A stretch of DNA of 64,000 nucleotides from Pseudogymnoascus verrucosus. Taxonomy: Eukaryota. The notes under the pieces were generated by a model. That model saw only the letters and a list, made by a program, of their open reading frames with translations, ran no database searches and was not told where the DNA came from. This document shows positions 49,557-61,480 of this stretch, one piece after another (position 1 is the first letter of the stretch; each line of letters starts with the position of its first letter). Position numbers and translations under genes: made by a program. Location: assembly GCA_001662655.1 (NCBI GenBank), contig KV460211.1. One strand, given 5' to 3'.

Positions 49557-50976
49557 CGTTTGTGCCCTGATTGGATGAAAACACTGTCTCAGCTGCGTTC
49601 AAATGGCCCTCGTATTTTTATTTACCTTGAGGTGGTGATGGTCACTGACTCATTTCTTCGAAGCGTATCGGAGGAATCATCCCAATGCTTATGCCGCCAA
49701 GCTATGGACAGCTGCAAGGCGCCAAGCACGTGCAGTAGCCTATGCGGGGTAGAATCAGAGCAGTTAGCCCGAAGGAGGCGAATATAGCTTAACCGTTGGT
49801 AAATCCATGTAAATGTTAGCGATGACGGGGGTGTGTTGCGGTGTTGGAGATATCGGATACAAAACCACCATTCGGGCCGTGGGGGCGAGCTCAGTGTTGA
49901 TTTGTAGTCTTGTCGTCGAGCCAACTGTTTACGACGCCGAGAATTCACATTCACTGGCGCTTCCGTACTGAGACATGCGCCGTACCGTGCCGACGGGCTG
50001 GCCCCCAGAGCGGAGACCCGACGTAACTGATGGGCAACAAACAAGGACGGATGGCCGTTTCGGGCCAAAGACAAGCATGAAGGGTAGCTGGACTAAAACC
50101 GGTCATTCCGAACGGAAAGTTGGGTTGTGGACTCGCGGCTGCGTCTGTTTGTGTTGTGTGCCACGGTGGTTGGCGCAGCATTGATGTATGTGTTGTACAC
50201 CAGCTTCTGTTCCAAGACATAGGTCTCAGATATCTCGAGGCGAGGATGGGATTTGTATTCGTCAAGTTTGCCTGTCAGTAAGAGTTCTATCAAGTTATTG
50301 GCGGGCAACTTGGCCAGCTGGTGCGTGCCGGTTCCTGGCGGCCTGCATTAGCTGGTCTTGCTGTACCTACCTACTAGAGGCGTGTTACGAGTCATTTTCA
50401 GGGGCAGTTATTATCCCGAAATCACGATTTCTCCTCTTCATCCACGATTCATGGTTCTACTACCGTTTGACGTGCCACTGCATCTACTTTCGATGTTGGA
50501 TACGATGTGTGTTATTAAGAAACTACTACACCAGTGAAACATTTCACTCACTTTCGAAAGCCCCGGAATAGGACACTGTATGTTGAGTTGTACAGCACTT
50601 TCGTGTCTGAGACACCAAACAGAAAATCCATCCTCGTCGTCACTTACCACCCTTACAAAACGCACATATCTATATGTCAGTAGTGACTTTTGCTGATCAT
50701 GCTTCTAAAAACAAACAGAAAACGATGTCCCCACCGGTAACATCCAAGTTTGAAGTTACCCTGCCTACCGCTTCTGTACGAGCTCATCATCTTGCAGCTC
50801 TCATGAGTTCAGAAGCTGTAGCTAAGACATTGTCCCAAAGTTGCCATGAGTTTAATCTCTGTTGATCAAACAAACATTGCTTAGCCATCTATAAAGTAAG
50901 ATAGATTGTCTTCTAGAAAACGCCTTGCTCCTCCATACTGGTCCATAACCACCCCACTTCCCCACTACCACCCACT

Positions 50977-52302
50977 ATGCTCTTCTCAAAGAGTCTCGTT
51001 GCCCTCGCGGCATGCTTCCTGCCCCTCATCGTCAGTGCTACTGAGCTGAAGCTCCGAAATTCCGCTGCTACGAATGTCGCCGCAGACAGCTATATTGTCG
51101 TCTATAAGGACATTGACGACTCGACCTTCGAGTCTGAGATGTTTAATGTTCATTCATTCCTGAGCAAGCGTGACTCGACCTTCAGGGGGGTGGGCCACAA
51201 ATATAAGATGCCGAAGTTCAAGGGCTACCAGATCGAGAGTGATATGGACACCGTCAACAGGATATCACAATCACCCCATGTTAGTTGGCAATAAAATTCG
51301 AATGAACGCTCATAATACTGACTTGGGATAGGTGGCTTATGTCGACAAGGATGTGAAAGTCTCTGCCTACGACCTGTCCGTTCGCATCGGCGCGCCATGG
51401 GGACTTGACCGTATTTCTCATCGCAACGGGACTTCTCCAGGTCTCGAAGAATATACATATGATTCAAGCGCAGGAGAAGGAACCACCATCTATATTATCG
51501 ACACTGGTGTCTACATCGAACACGTCGTATGTTCTCAACCTCACCCAATACAATAGTCCCAAGTCGTCCATTAACCGTTCTCTAGGAATTTGAAGGCCGG
51601 GCCACATTTGGCGCTAACTTCATCCCCGATTCACCCGATACTGATGAGGATGGACATGGCACTCATGTTGCCGGTATCGCCGCTGGAGCCAGCTTTGGTG
51701 TTGCTAGCAAGGCCAAGATTATCGCCGTCAGAGTCCTTGATGCGAATGGAGACGGCAAGGGTTCCGACGTCCTCGCAGGTATGCAATGGGCCGCAGAGGA
51801 CGCCGGAAAGAAGAATCAGACTGCGAAGGCAGTCATCAACATGTCCCTGGGTGCGGATTACTCGGAAGCCTTCAACAAGGCCACCGGGGCCATCATCGCT
51901 AAGGGCATTGTCGTCGTCGCCGCCGCCGGAAACGAAGATGCCAATGCCTCCGGCGTCTCCCCTGCGTCTACTGTGGACGCCATCACCGTTGGTGCAACAA
52001 ACCGGAATGACACTCGCGCCGAGTTCTCGAACTGGGGCGTAGCTCTTGACGTCTTTGCCCCGGGTGTTGACATTCTCTCCGCCTGGATCGGCGGCAAAGA
52101 TGCCACCAAAACCATATCGGGGACCAGCATGGCCTGCCCTCACGTCGCGGGTCTCGCAGCCTATTTTATTGGCCTGGAGAAGAACGGAACCAGCACGCCG
52201 GCTAAGATCGCTGCCAAGATCAAGGGGGTTGCTACCAAGGAAGTTGTGCTTGATCCGAAGAACAGCCTTAACAACCTGGCTTATAACGACGATGGGTACT
52301 AA
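50977..52302 (+). CDS. Secreted subtilisin (S8A, proteinase K type), Destructin-3/SP3-like
   Basis: Signal peptide plus I9 propeptide; catalytic IIDTG, HGTHVAG, GTSMACPHVAG; introns 51280-51331 and 51527-51585. Confidence 0.95.
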
Positions 52303-52444
52303 GCTAGTTGTTGATGAGAGGCGTGTGGCCTGGGGCGCCATAAGCTTGTATTGACATTCAACTCTTGCTGCAATTAGATACAGGGCCTTCTTGCATAATT
52401 TGCCATATAGCTTCGAGATACCAATAATATGCTTCTTGCTATTT

Positions 52445-53218
52445 TTAAACTTTTCCGTCTTTAAGAATAAGATCTCGCTTCTCAAGATCCGAGTTGAGCA
52501 GCACCGACTCATACCATACTTCTAATGTCGGAAAGATAGTTATTAATACCATCACGGCGAATGTGGCCTTGTCCATGTTAAAATTGGTACATAATGTAGG
52601 CAGTAGACTTACATTTAGAATTCGATTCTGATTCTTCTCAAGCCTGGTGAAACCATCTTCCATAGTTCGTAAAATATCCGCAAAACCCTCTTCTACGCTT
52701 CTCTCAATGTCTGGAAAAGTATCGGATCGGTTTCTTTTAGATTCAGTAGCGAAGCATTCTGTGCTACTAATCTCAAAGTCCACATGGGCACTTGTGCTTT
52801 GATTCATAGTTTCTGTCCCCAGATTCATAGTTGTGTGGTTAGAGAAGGCATTATTTTCTTTGGATTGTGACCGTTTAGACATGATAATAGTTTTGCCATC
52901 CGAGCGTGGCTTTGCAGAGGGGATGGTGCTTTTAATATTGCCTTCCTTACAAGAACAAGAGTTCCTATGAGAGCAAGAAGAGCGAGGATAGCGAGAATGT
53001 AATGCTGTAGAGATGTTAATATATTTGTATATGAATGGCACAAATTAAGACTCACGTGCATGTATCTGCACAAAGCGGCGGAGACTGGTATTTCTTGTGC
53101 GAGAAGAGGCATTAACAAATGATGAATAACACACCATATCTAACCTGGGCTTACGTATGGCATATGAGATGTTAGGTCTCGCGCAGAAAGCTTGGCGGAC
53201 CGTGTTGAGGCGAAACAT
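52445..53218 (-). CDS. Hypothetical protein (Arg-rich presequence-like N-terminus, coiled coil, C-terminal TM)
   Basis: MFRLNTVRQAF.., GTGAGT..CAG intron ~53054-53006 joins ORF 52445-53041; possible second 45-nt in-frame intron. Confidence 0.4.
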
Positions 53219-53536
53219 GTTGCAGGTGTGATAAATTGGAAGGGGCGGAGGTGTAACCATTAAGATGGAAAGTTAGTTTAAATGGAAGAGGTAGACTGTT
53301 AGTTCTTATTGTCCTGAAAACTCCAGTCTAAATCGAAACTGCACATAGCTTTAAAATAGCGTCCTTCAGAACATACGATAAATTGACGCCAACTATGACC
53401 ATAAATATAGCGCCGAAGCTAACAATTTCCTGGGAAGGCAAGTTGCCATATGTTCGGTCTTCCGCGCTTACCTCTGTAGGCACAAGATATCAAAAGTAAT
53501 AAAGGGAGTCAGTTACTTACTATGAGGGAACAAAAT

Positions 53537-53634
53537 CTAAAACACTATCTCCATCTACTCTTTTGCTAGGCGCTACTAATAGGGTTGACATCCCCATCAA
53601 CAAAATATAGATTGCGCTCGATTTCAGTAATTAT
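53537..53634 (-). pseudogene. Inverted, degenerate relic of the adjacent HNH gene's N-terminus
   Basis: Reads IERNLYFVDGDVNPISSA*Q then E*MEIVF versus IKRNLHFVDGNNNEIGGAWQ..EWMEITF in the + gene; TGG>TAG and GGT>AGT-type changes. Confidence 0.65.
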
Positions 53635-53901
53635 GTAGCTACACACAGAGGAAGGTGACGGCAAATATAAGGACGAGGATGAGAGACGGCGAGTATGGGG
53701 CCTGAGAGCAAGAGACTGGGAGTTGAGGGTTGAGGGTGAGGGACTGGGGATGGGGATGGGAAACTTGACGAGAGAGACTAAGGATGCCAACTCTGACGTA
53801 GGATCTTATCATGCCACTTTGACCCTGATCTCAGCTTTGACCATAGCCTTGACTTTTAGCAACCAAAGCATCGTGTAAACACCCACAGTCACCCTTCTGG
53901 C

Positions 53902-54995
53902 ATGTCAGGTTACCGAGTTTCCATCAAGCGCAACCTCCATTTTGTAGACGGAAACAACAATGAGATAGGAGGTGCCTGGCAGAATGGGGCACTGACCTGG
54001 TCGGAGATGGTAGAATGGATGGAAATAACATTTGAGAAACCTACAAACGAGTATGCCCCGTTCCGTTGCCTTGAGCCAGGCGATCCAGTTCAGCTACTGG
54101 CGCAGCATGGACCTGCAATAGAAATTCAGGGTAATAATAATCCAGTCAAGCCTGGGTTTTATATTATTCTGAGCCCTGAAGGCGAAGTTGTCGACCTTCC
54201 AATCAATCGCCAGAATCCCATGCCGCGCCCTTCCAGTCGCGTATCGTCGGCTGAGTTAGATAACCACGTAAGCTTACAAAATTTATATAGTCTATTCTTA
54301 AATTATAGATTAAACTCTAATACACCTCTAGACTAAGCATTTTCGAAATCGAGTTCGAGCACGAGATGGCCGCTGTGTCATCACTTGGTGCAAAGCCAGC
54401 TGGGAGTGATTTTGTTCGCCTAGGTGCGACTCATATATTCCCACTCGCACATCTCGATGTAGTATGAAGCTTCTAATTCCCTATTTTTTTATTTGAAGTT
54501 TAATATCTGCGTAGTGGAAAGTAGAATCTTGGCAAAGGCAGATAGCTGATGATAAATACGTCGGGGAATCGGGTATCAATTCCGCTCAAAACGGAATCCT
54601 TTTATGATTTGACGTTCAAGATTTGTTTGATACATATCGCATTGCTATCAATCCCGATGTAAGTCATTACCAAATAACTTCGGCTTTATGGTTCTAATAA
54701 TAAAATTTAGAAGGGATACAAGACGTACTGTTTTATTGATGAACCCGAGCTAGACAACCTAATAATGTTCCGTGATCCAAACACGGCCACACAGTACCAA
54801 CCACGTGGCGACCTTTTAAAGCACCACTTCCGAATATCGGTTTTACTCAACATGAAGGGCAGGGAGGGATACCCCAAATGGGATGAAGATATCCCGTCAG
54901 GGTGTGGTGAGATGGCAGAAGCTGCAAGTTCAGAGGAAGGGAAGCTCCGTCTCGAGGCCATATTGGGTAGTAAGCTCAATAGCTATCTTGAATAA
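53902..54995 (+). pseudogene. HNH endonuclease (HNH_2-type) pseudogene with N-terminal header domain
   Basis: After intron 54268-54331: FRNRVRARDGRCVIT, frameshift at ~54386, ATHIFPLA, INSAQNGILL* (TGA 54605-54607), LFDTYRIAINPD, LLKHHFRISVLLNMKG. Confidence 0.8.
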
Positions 54996-55222
54996 TTTAC
55001 AAGGCTCTTATTAAGACACGAGCTTACACGCTGAAAATGTACAAATGTTTAATTGCCTCTGCTAAGGATAAAACCCGAAAATAAATCCCTATTTGGCTCT
55101 CTAGGAATGAAAGGAAACAAAGAAATCCACTTACCTTTTTTCTTCTCACTCTTCAACAAAGGAAATAAAAGAAACGCACTTACCTCTCCCCACAACATCC
55201 ACATCACTCCTCTTCCTCCTCC

Positions 55223-56302
55223 TCAGCGCCCCACAAACCTCACCACCATAATCACCTCCTCATCGTCCCAAGACCCCTCAACCCAGTCCCCAAATTCGCT
55301 CTCCTTCTCTGCCAAGCTTCCAACTCTGCTTCTCCCTCCACCAAAGCCGAGAAAATCAGCATCTTCATCACTTCCATCCCAAGAATCCGAATCCTCTTCC
55401 TCCTCCTCGTCATCCTCGTTCCCAGTGCCAACAAACGGATCCCCAGGCTCCTCTCTCCATGGACTCCTAGGCGCCTCATTCACAGGTGTGGGGGCTGCTG
55501 GCTCTTGGGCAGGAATGGACCTGCTAAACTCAATCCCCTCCATCTCATCCTACGGCCCTAGGGGCGGCGGCGACAGCAGTGGTGGTGTCATCTCTCTCGC
55601 TCCATTGAGCGAAGCTGGGGTGGGCCGAGTGAGGGCCGTAATATCCCAATCCGAGTTCTCGAAGGAGAAATGGAGACTGCCGTAATCGGCTGTGCTGGGG
55701 AGAGAGTCAGTTGAGGGGGAACTGAAGGTGAGGGACGGGATGCTGGGAGCGTCGAGCATTGAGGTGTCTGATGGGACCTCTGAATTCATCGTCGGGTTCT
55801 CTAGGGGGGGCTCTAATGCTCCGCCTGAATATGTTTCTGATTGGCCCTCTGATAGGCTCTCTGAGAGGCTCTCTAAGGGATACACTGACTCGCCCCCAGA
55901 TCCATACTCAGGCTCGCTTCCCGACGGGACTCCAGACATATCATCCGACCACTCCAACTGGTCCCCCAACCCCCAAATTTGAATCAACTGACTCTCACTC
56001 AAATCCTCTTCCTCCCCACTGCCTGTCTCAGAGATATCAATACCCCCAAGCCACTCACTCATATCATCCGTGAGCTTCGTAGTCGACGCCGCAAACCACT
56101 CAGGCGTGTTATACGTGTCATCCGTAAGCTCCGTAATCTGCGAATTCGAAAACTGAGGAAGCGATGGGGGATAGTTGTACCTACATGCTTGGCATGTTCG
56201 TGGGCGTGGATGGGCGGAGGAATGGATTTCGCACCGCGGGATAGGCTCGAGGTTGAGGGGCTCGAGGGGGGTGAAGGGGAATTGGTTGGGTTTGGGAGGC
56301 AT
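55223..56302 (-). pseudogene. Acidic, Ser/Glu/Pro-rich gene interrupted by a single in-frame TAG
   Basis: ORF 56302-55550 ends in TAG; the next codons GAT GAG ATG continue in frame as ORF 55543-55223 with the same composition. N-terminal C-x2-H..C-x2-C. Confidence 0.5.
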
Positions 56303-56946
56303 TTTGAATGTGTTGGTTGATGATGGTGTTTGTGATGTTGTTTTTGCTGTTGTTAGTGTCCTGCTGTTAGTATTCTGGTGTTCGTGTCTGAGGGTGTAAA
56401 CTGTATGATGTAGGCGAATGTGTTTGTAGATCTGGTTTATGAAGAGGGTAGATGGGAGTGTTTATATAGCAGGGAACAGGAGAGGAATTAAGAAGGGGGG
56501 GGAGAAGATCGTTGGAGATGTGACCTGGCGGGACGGGCCTTGGAGGCTTTGGTGGCTTTGAGGGTAGCTGGCTTTCTTTAATCGAACACGGTCGTGGATG
56601 AACAGTAATAAGTATTGCCTATTTCGGCAGCTGAGCAGCATTGTTAGGCCCACTATTTCTCTTTATGGCCCGCGAAACATAATAGCATTGTCCGTCTGGC
56701 AAATGTAGCAATTGAAACGCCGTTAGAGAATTCATCCTTCCTCTTTGTTGCGCCTGAGACAGAATAGTATTATTTGGTTCGAAGTCGAACTTGTGCTCCG
56801 ATAGTCATAGTGGGACGAAACAAGTATCATTGTATGTTGTAGAATAAGAAATAAATATAAAGAAACGGACAAAGCATCAGTTCAAAAAATAGCAAGTCCA
56901 TACGCACTGAGACGAGACTCGAAGCTCGATACTCAAAGCTCAAAAC

Positions 56947-58150
56947 TCAAAGGCCAATCCCCCTAAGCTGCTCATCAAGCCACTCGCCATCCTCCTTCGA
57001 CTCCCCCGGACCACCCGCCCAGTGTCCCCAGATAGACGGAAAAACCGCCAGTGTCGCGACGCCGTCGCGCATAAGCGAGACTTCGATTTCCGAGTCCTCA
57101 GGCCTATCATTGTGTCAGTCTATCTTCTCATTCAGGAGGAGGAGGGTCCGACGACGCACGGGAAGTACAAGTCCGTCTTGGATGGCAGGACAAGAGCTTT
57201 GGCCTTTATAGCCTGCATAGCAGCCTTGAGGTCGCCATTATACGGCTCTTGCTTCGATACGTCGGCTGTTTGCCAGGTACGCAACATCGTGAGCATATTC
57301 TCCGGGTCTGTCATCTATTAGCCACCCATCACCGTCCACTTTCGCCGCAAAAAGATCACATACCTTTCGAAACCGCCCACTTCTCCCAGAACCCAACCAA
57401 AAAGTCCTCGAGATCCTTATACCCCAAATAAGTCTCATACACCTTCTCGCGATAAAACTCCTGAGAGAAACCCCACCCGGCATAACCCCTCGCAAACGCC
57501 CTCATCCCCACTTCCCACTCATCCTTACTCCATTCTCCCCTCTCCCCGCCGTCTCTACCGGCACCGGCGGAGCGAACCCCCTTGATCGCAAGTAACGCGC
57601 TCTTCTGCCCTTCCAAAAACACCTGATTATGCGTCGCGCACCTTGCCGCGCCACAGAAAGGGACGATTATATCCATAAACTCCGGGTACTGCGTAGCCCA
57701 CTGAAACGTCTGCGCCCCGCCCATACTCCACCCCAACACCGCTCTCAGATGCGTAATCCCCAACCCCTTCGTGAGAAGTTCATGTTGCGCGCGCACATTA
57801 TCATACAACGTGATCGCGGGAAACGGACGCAGGTCCGAGTTGGAGGGTGAGGTGGACTGGCTGTTCCCGAAGAGGGCGGGGATGATGATGCAGTATTTCT
57901 CGGGGGAGAGAGGGCGCGTGGGGCCGAGAAGCCAGGTGTTGGAGCCAGTGAGACCAGAGAACCAGGTTGGGTAGAGGATTGGGGGCAGGGAGAGGGAGCC
58001 ATGGATGGTGTAGGAGATTTGGGCAGAGGGGAGAACGGCGCCGGATTGGAGGGTGAAGTCGCCGAGGGGGAAGGTTTGGAGGGGGGGTTCGGGGGAGAGG
58101 GTGAGGGCGGATAGGTCGAGGTCGGGGGTGGTGGAGTTGGGTTTGGTCAT
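56947..58150 (-). CDS. Homoserine O-acetyltransferase (MetX)-like alpha/beta hydrolase
   Basis: FTLQSG, PTWFSG, GWSMGG nucleophile elbow, TDLYFP|PEDS, SIWGHWAGG; introns 57363-57308 and 57159-57104. Confidence 0.85.
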
Positions 58151-59044
58151 GTTGGTGATGGTGATACTGATGGTTGCTGGAGAATCAGATGTGATATGTG
58201 ATAGACAAGACAATGAGGAAGATGAGGAAGGTGCTTGTGTGACTTGACCACAGCTACAGGAACGGGAGGGAAGCCCTCTTTATATATAAAATCCCAAGAG
58301 AACCACCTACCTCATATTCTCACACCTGACGAGCCGCCTTCCCATTAAGGAAGCCCAGGCCCGTCCTCAGCAAATCCCAGGACGCGCATCGCAGCCATCA
58401 TGAATAATGTCTCTCCTCTACCCCTCACCCCCTCCAACCAGTCACCATCCAGCACGACGCCATAAACGCCTCCAATCTTGCCATTTCTCCAAAATCACCA
58501 CATATTTTCGGCCTTACGCCGCCGATGCGCCTATCATTCCGTGCAATTCCCAAACCCCTCAAGGTAAAAGGTGGAGATTGTCGAATTCCCATGTCGCATT
58601 AAGGTTGGCTGACATGAGCAGAACGGGCACCTTAGACACCTTTCCCGCTGTCTAGCAGGTGCTTATACCATCACCTGGCTTTAGCGAACGGACACCTTAG
58701 GGACCGCCTGCGCAGCTTTATAAGGTATCGCCCTCCATGTGGGTTTTAGCTGTGCTCTCCTTACCATATTAGAACTTCTCATTTTGAACTTAAGGGGAGT
58801 GTGAGGGAATTAACTGCTCAGGGCCCGCTGAGTCGTTAATCCGCAGTTTTCCCTTCCGTCTAGAGGCATAAGAATATCCACAGTTCCTAAATGCGTAGTA
58901 TATCTCACAATATCGACGAAAAATAATTAAAATAGGTGGAAAATTGTATATATATTTCCTCTAATTAAACAATATGATAATATGGCACGCTCGAAAACAA
59001 AACTCCCCTCTCACTCCTCCCTTCCCCCCTCAATTTTCACCCCC

Positions 59045-59783
59045 CTAATCAATGTACAAGCTCCAGTCAATGCCCGCAACATCCACGTAGCACTGCACAG
59101 TGTTCTCAGTCTCATGCACCGATCCATCACCCTCCGAGCACTGCGGCAGCAGCCTCACCTGCGCACACCCACCCGGGACTGCCTCGCCAGTGCGCAGCAC
59201 ATTCAGGGCAATTGCCTCGCTGAACGGAAGCTGCTGGTTGCAAGCGACGTAGGTGGCCGCCTCAGGGGCAGTGAGGTAAGTCACTGGGGAAGGGAAGCGC
59301 TCGAGTCCCACGCTGGTCGTGCCGAGGCCGGCGTTGATGGTGACGGCAGTAGCGGGGGCGGGGGAGACTTGGATGCCGAAGGGGAAGGGCTGGGAAGGGG
59401 TGTTAGTAATAGTTCTTGAATTTTTTGGCCCCATTGGATCTTGGGGGGTGGGGAGGAGGGGAACATACAGGAGTTCCGCCACTGGTGAGGATGTTGCCGC
59501 GGTTGTAGCGGATGTCCTCAGCCGTGCCGTTGACGTAGAACTGGCGGCCGGGGTTGGTGGCGTCGTTGGGGACGAGGACGGCGGCGGCCTGGCCGGCGCC
59601 GACGTGGTAGGAGGTTAGGACGTAGTCCTGGATGGAGGGGGTGAGGTCAGCGCCGGTGACGTTGGCGACGAGGCGGAAGTTGGTGCTCTGCGTCCACGGG
59701 GGGGAGATGGGCTTGTCGAGCTGGGGAGCGGCGACGGCGGCGGAGGCGAAGGCCAGGATGGCGGTTGCGGCGGTGTAGTGCAT
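59045..59783 (-). CDS. Small secreted protein with C-terminal cysteines
   Basis: Signal peptide MHYTAATAILAFASAAVA; STNFRLVANV, SYHVGAG; intron 59468-59390; GCAQVRLLPQC. Confidence 0.8.
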
Positions 59784-61480
59784 GATTGGGGTTGTGGTTG
59801 TGGTGGTGGAGGTGGGGTGAGTTTAGGTGTGAGTTAGGTAGTGATGGTTATGGTGATGATGATGGTAGTGATGATGATGGTAGTGATGATGAGAGAGTGG
59901 AATTCAAAACAGAAGGAAAGGAACGACTGTACTTATACACTTTCCTACTATATTCGCCGAGAGGCTTCTCTCACGATATGACACCACCTACCTGCTCTAC
60001 CTTCGGACGTACCTTGACACCATCTCGTGTATGTCCGGTTTGCTTCGCAGCTTAAATGGATACGAGGTCCCTGGCGGCAACTAGCCTCGTGATGGTTTGT
60101 CGATCCTCAAGCGGCCGCCGGGATTTCGGCTAGTACTGTAGAAAACTGAGAGTACTGTTCATGCTACTCGAGAAGAGCACTCTATACCGGTTACATTGAT
60201 GGCGTTACAGCGCAGCGTGTGTCTCTCAGTACGAGCATTTCTTACTGTACTCCCCCATCAAAGCCATCAGCCACAATATGTCTATACCTGTCAACGCACA
60301 GTGAATAGCCGGAGCTGGCGTCTGTCTATACGAGACTCCTTGTCCATATCCAGGTTTCTGCGCCGAGCATTTTGTGGGGAAATAGCGGCGACAGACAGCG
60401 GGTCCTAGATGTGGCTGGACAAGAGCGAGGGAGGGGCGTTTTGTGTCGTCATGTTTTCTTGTTTACTTGCCTTTTTCTTCCTGGTCGGCATTTCGGAGTT
60501 CATGTTTTGTTTATTTTTAGATGTTTTTAGGGTACGGGCGGCGCCAGGTTAGGGGCGGATAAAGCTTTGCCTCAGCCGAGAGATGGGGATGAAGGATTGC
60601 CACCGCCACGGCAGTTATGGTGTGTGGTATTGTAAGTTATTGTAAGCTTTTGCTACGTCTTGCCTTACATCTGTGAAAGCATTACTACGATGACGCCTCC
60701 CAATATACTGCGCGACGACTAATCAACATACATGAGCTCCCCTAGTTATTGAGTATCGCCTTTCCCGAAGCTATCATCGTATCCCCTATCCCCGGCTGTC
60801 AGCATGCAGTACTTGCAAATTACAGAACCTCGTATCATATGTTGATCGTCTCTGTTCTATGCTGACACCGACACTTCGACGGCTTAGGAGCTACAGTTCC
60901 GCCGCGGTGCCTGGGGACGATGTGTAATTCTATTTTAAAAAGCGAAAGAAAAGTCAAACCGTTCCAGGCGGTGGAATCAGGGGAACCTGGTCCCGTATCC
61001 CGCAACAAACCCTGTATCCCCGTAGAACCTACCCCGTACTTTCTCGTTCCTTACAGCGGCACGGATTAGGACCCAATCAAGGCGCAAAAGCTTCTATTCT
61101 AATCTCCATTCGTTCTCACTTCATCCCTTCTAGCTTCTCAGCCGCAAACTAGACACTACGAACGATTACATTCACAGTCACACAAACGAAACCACAGCAC
61201 CAGCAACAAGAGATAGACATCATGTTCCGCCATGAGCAGAGATTCTACAGCAACGTCTTCTATGCTATGTCCCCGAAAAAAACCAGGGCAAAGATACAGA
61301 GAGACAGAACCCAAGCAGACCCCAAACCCACGTTCCGTAACTCTACCGTTACTATGTTTCCATTAATAAAAAAATACCACAAGACATAATTTGCGCCAGT
61401 TTTCGCGTTTATACAAACACGCGTGTCTCCCCCAAACCCCCACCCCTCCCGGTCCCCCCTAGTTGTACACCACCGCCCCA

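Noticed and set aside
51631..52512. 293-aa antisense ORF over the subtilisin
   Set aside because: No recognisable motifs; explained as an antisense shadow.
45560..56400. Starship or other intact mobile element
   Set aside because: No tyrosine recombinase, transposase, reverse transcriptase or defined termini visible in the window.
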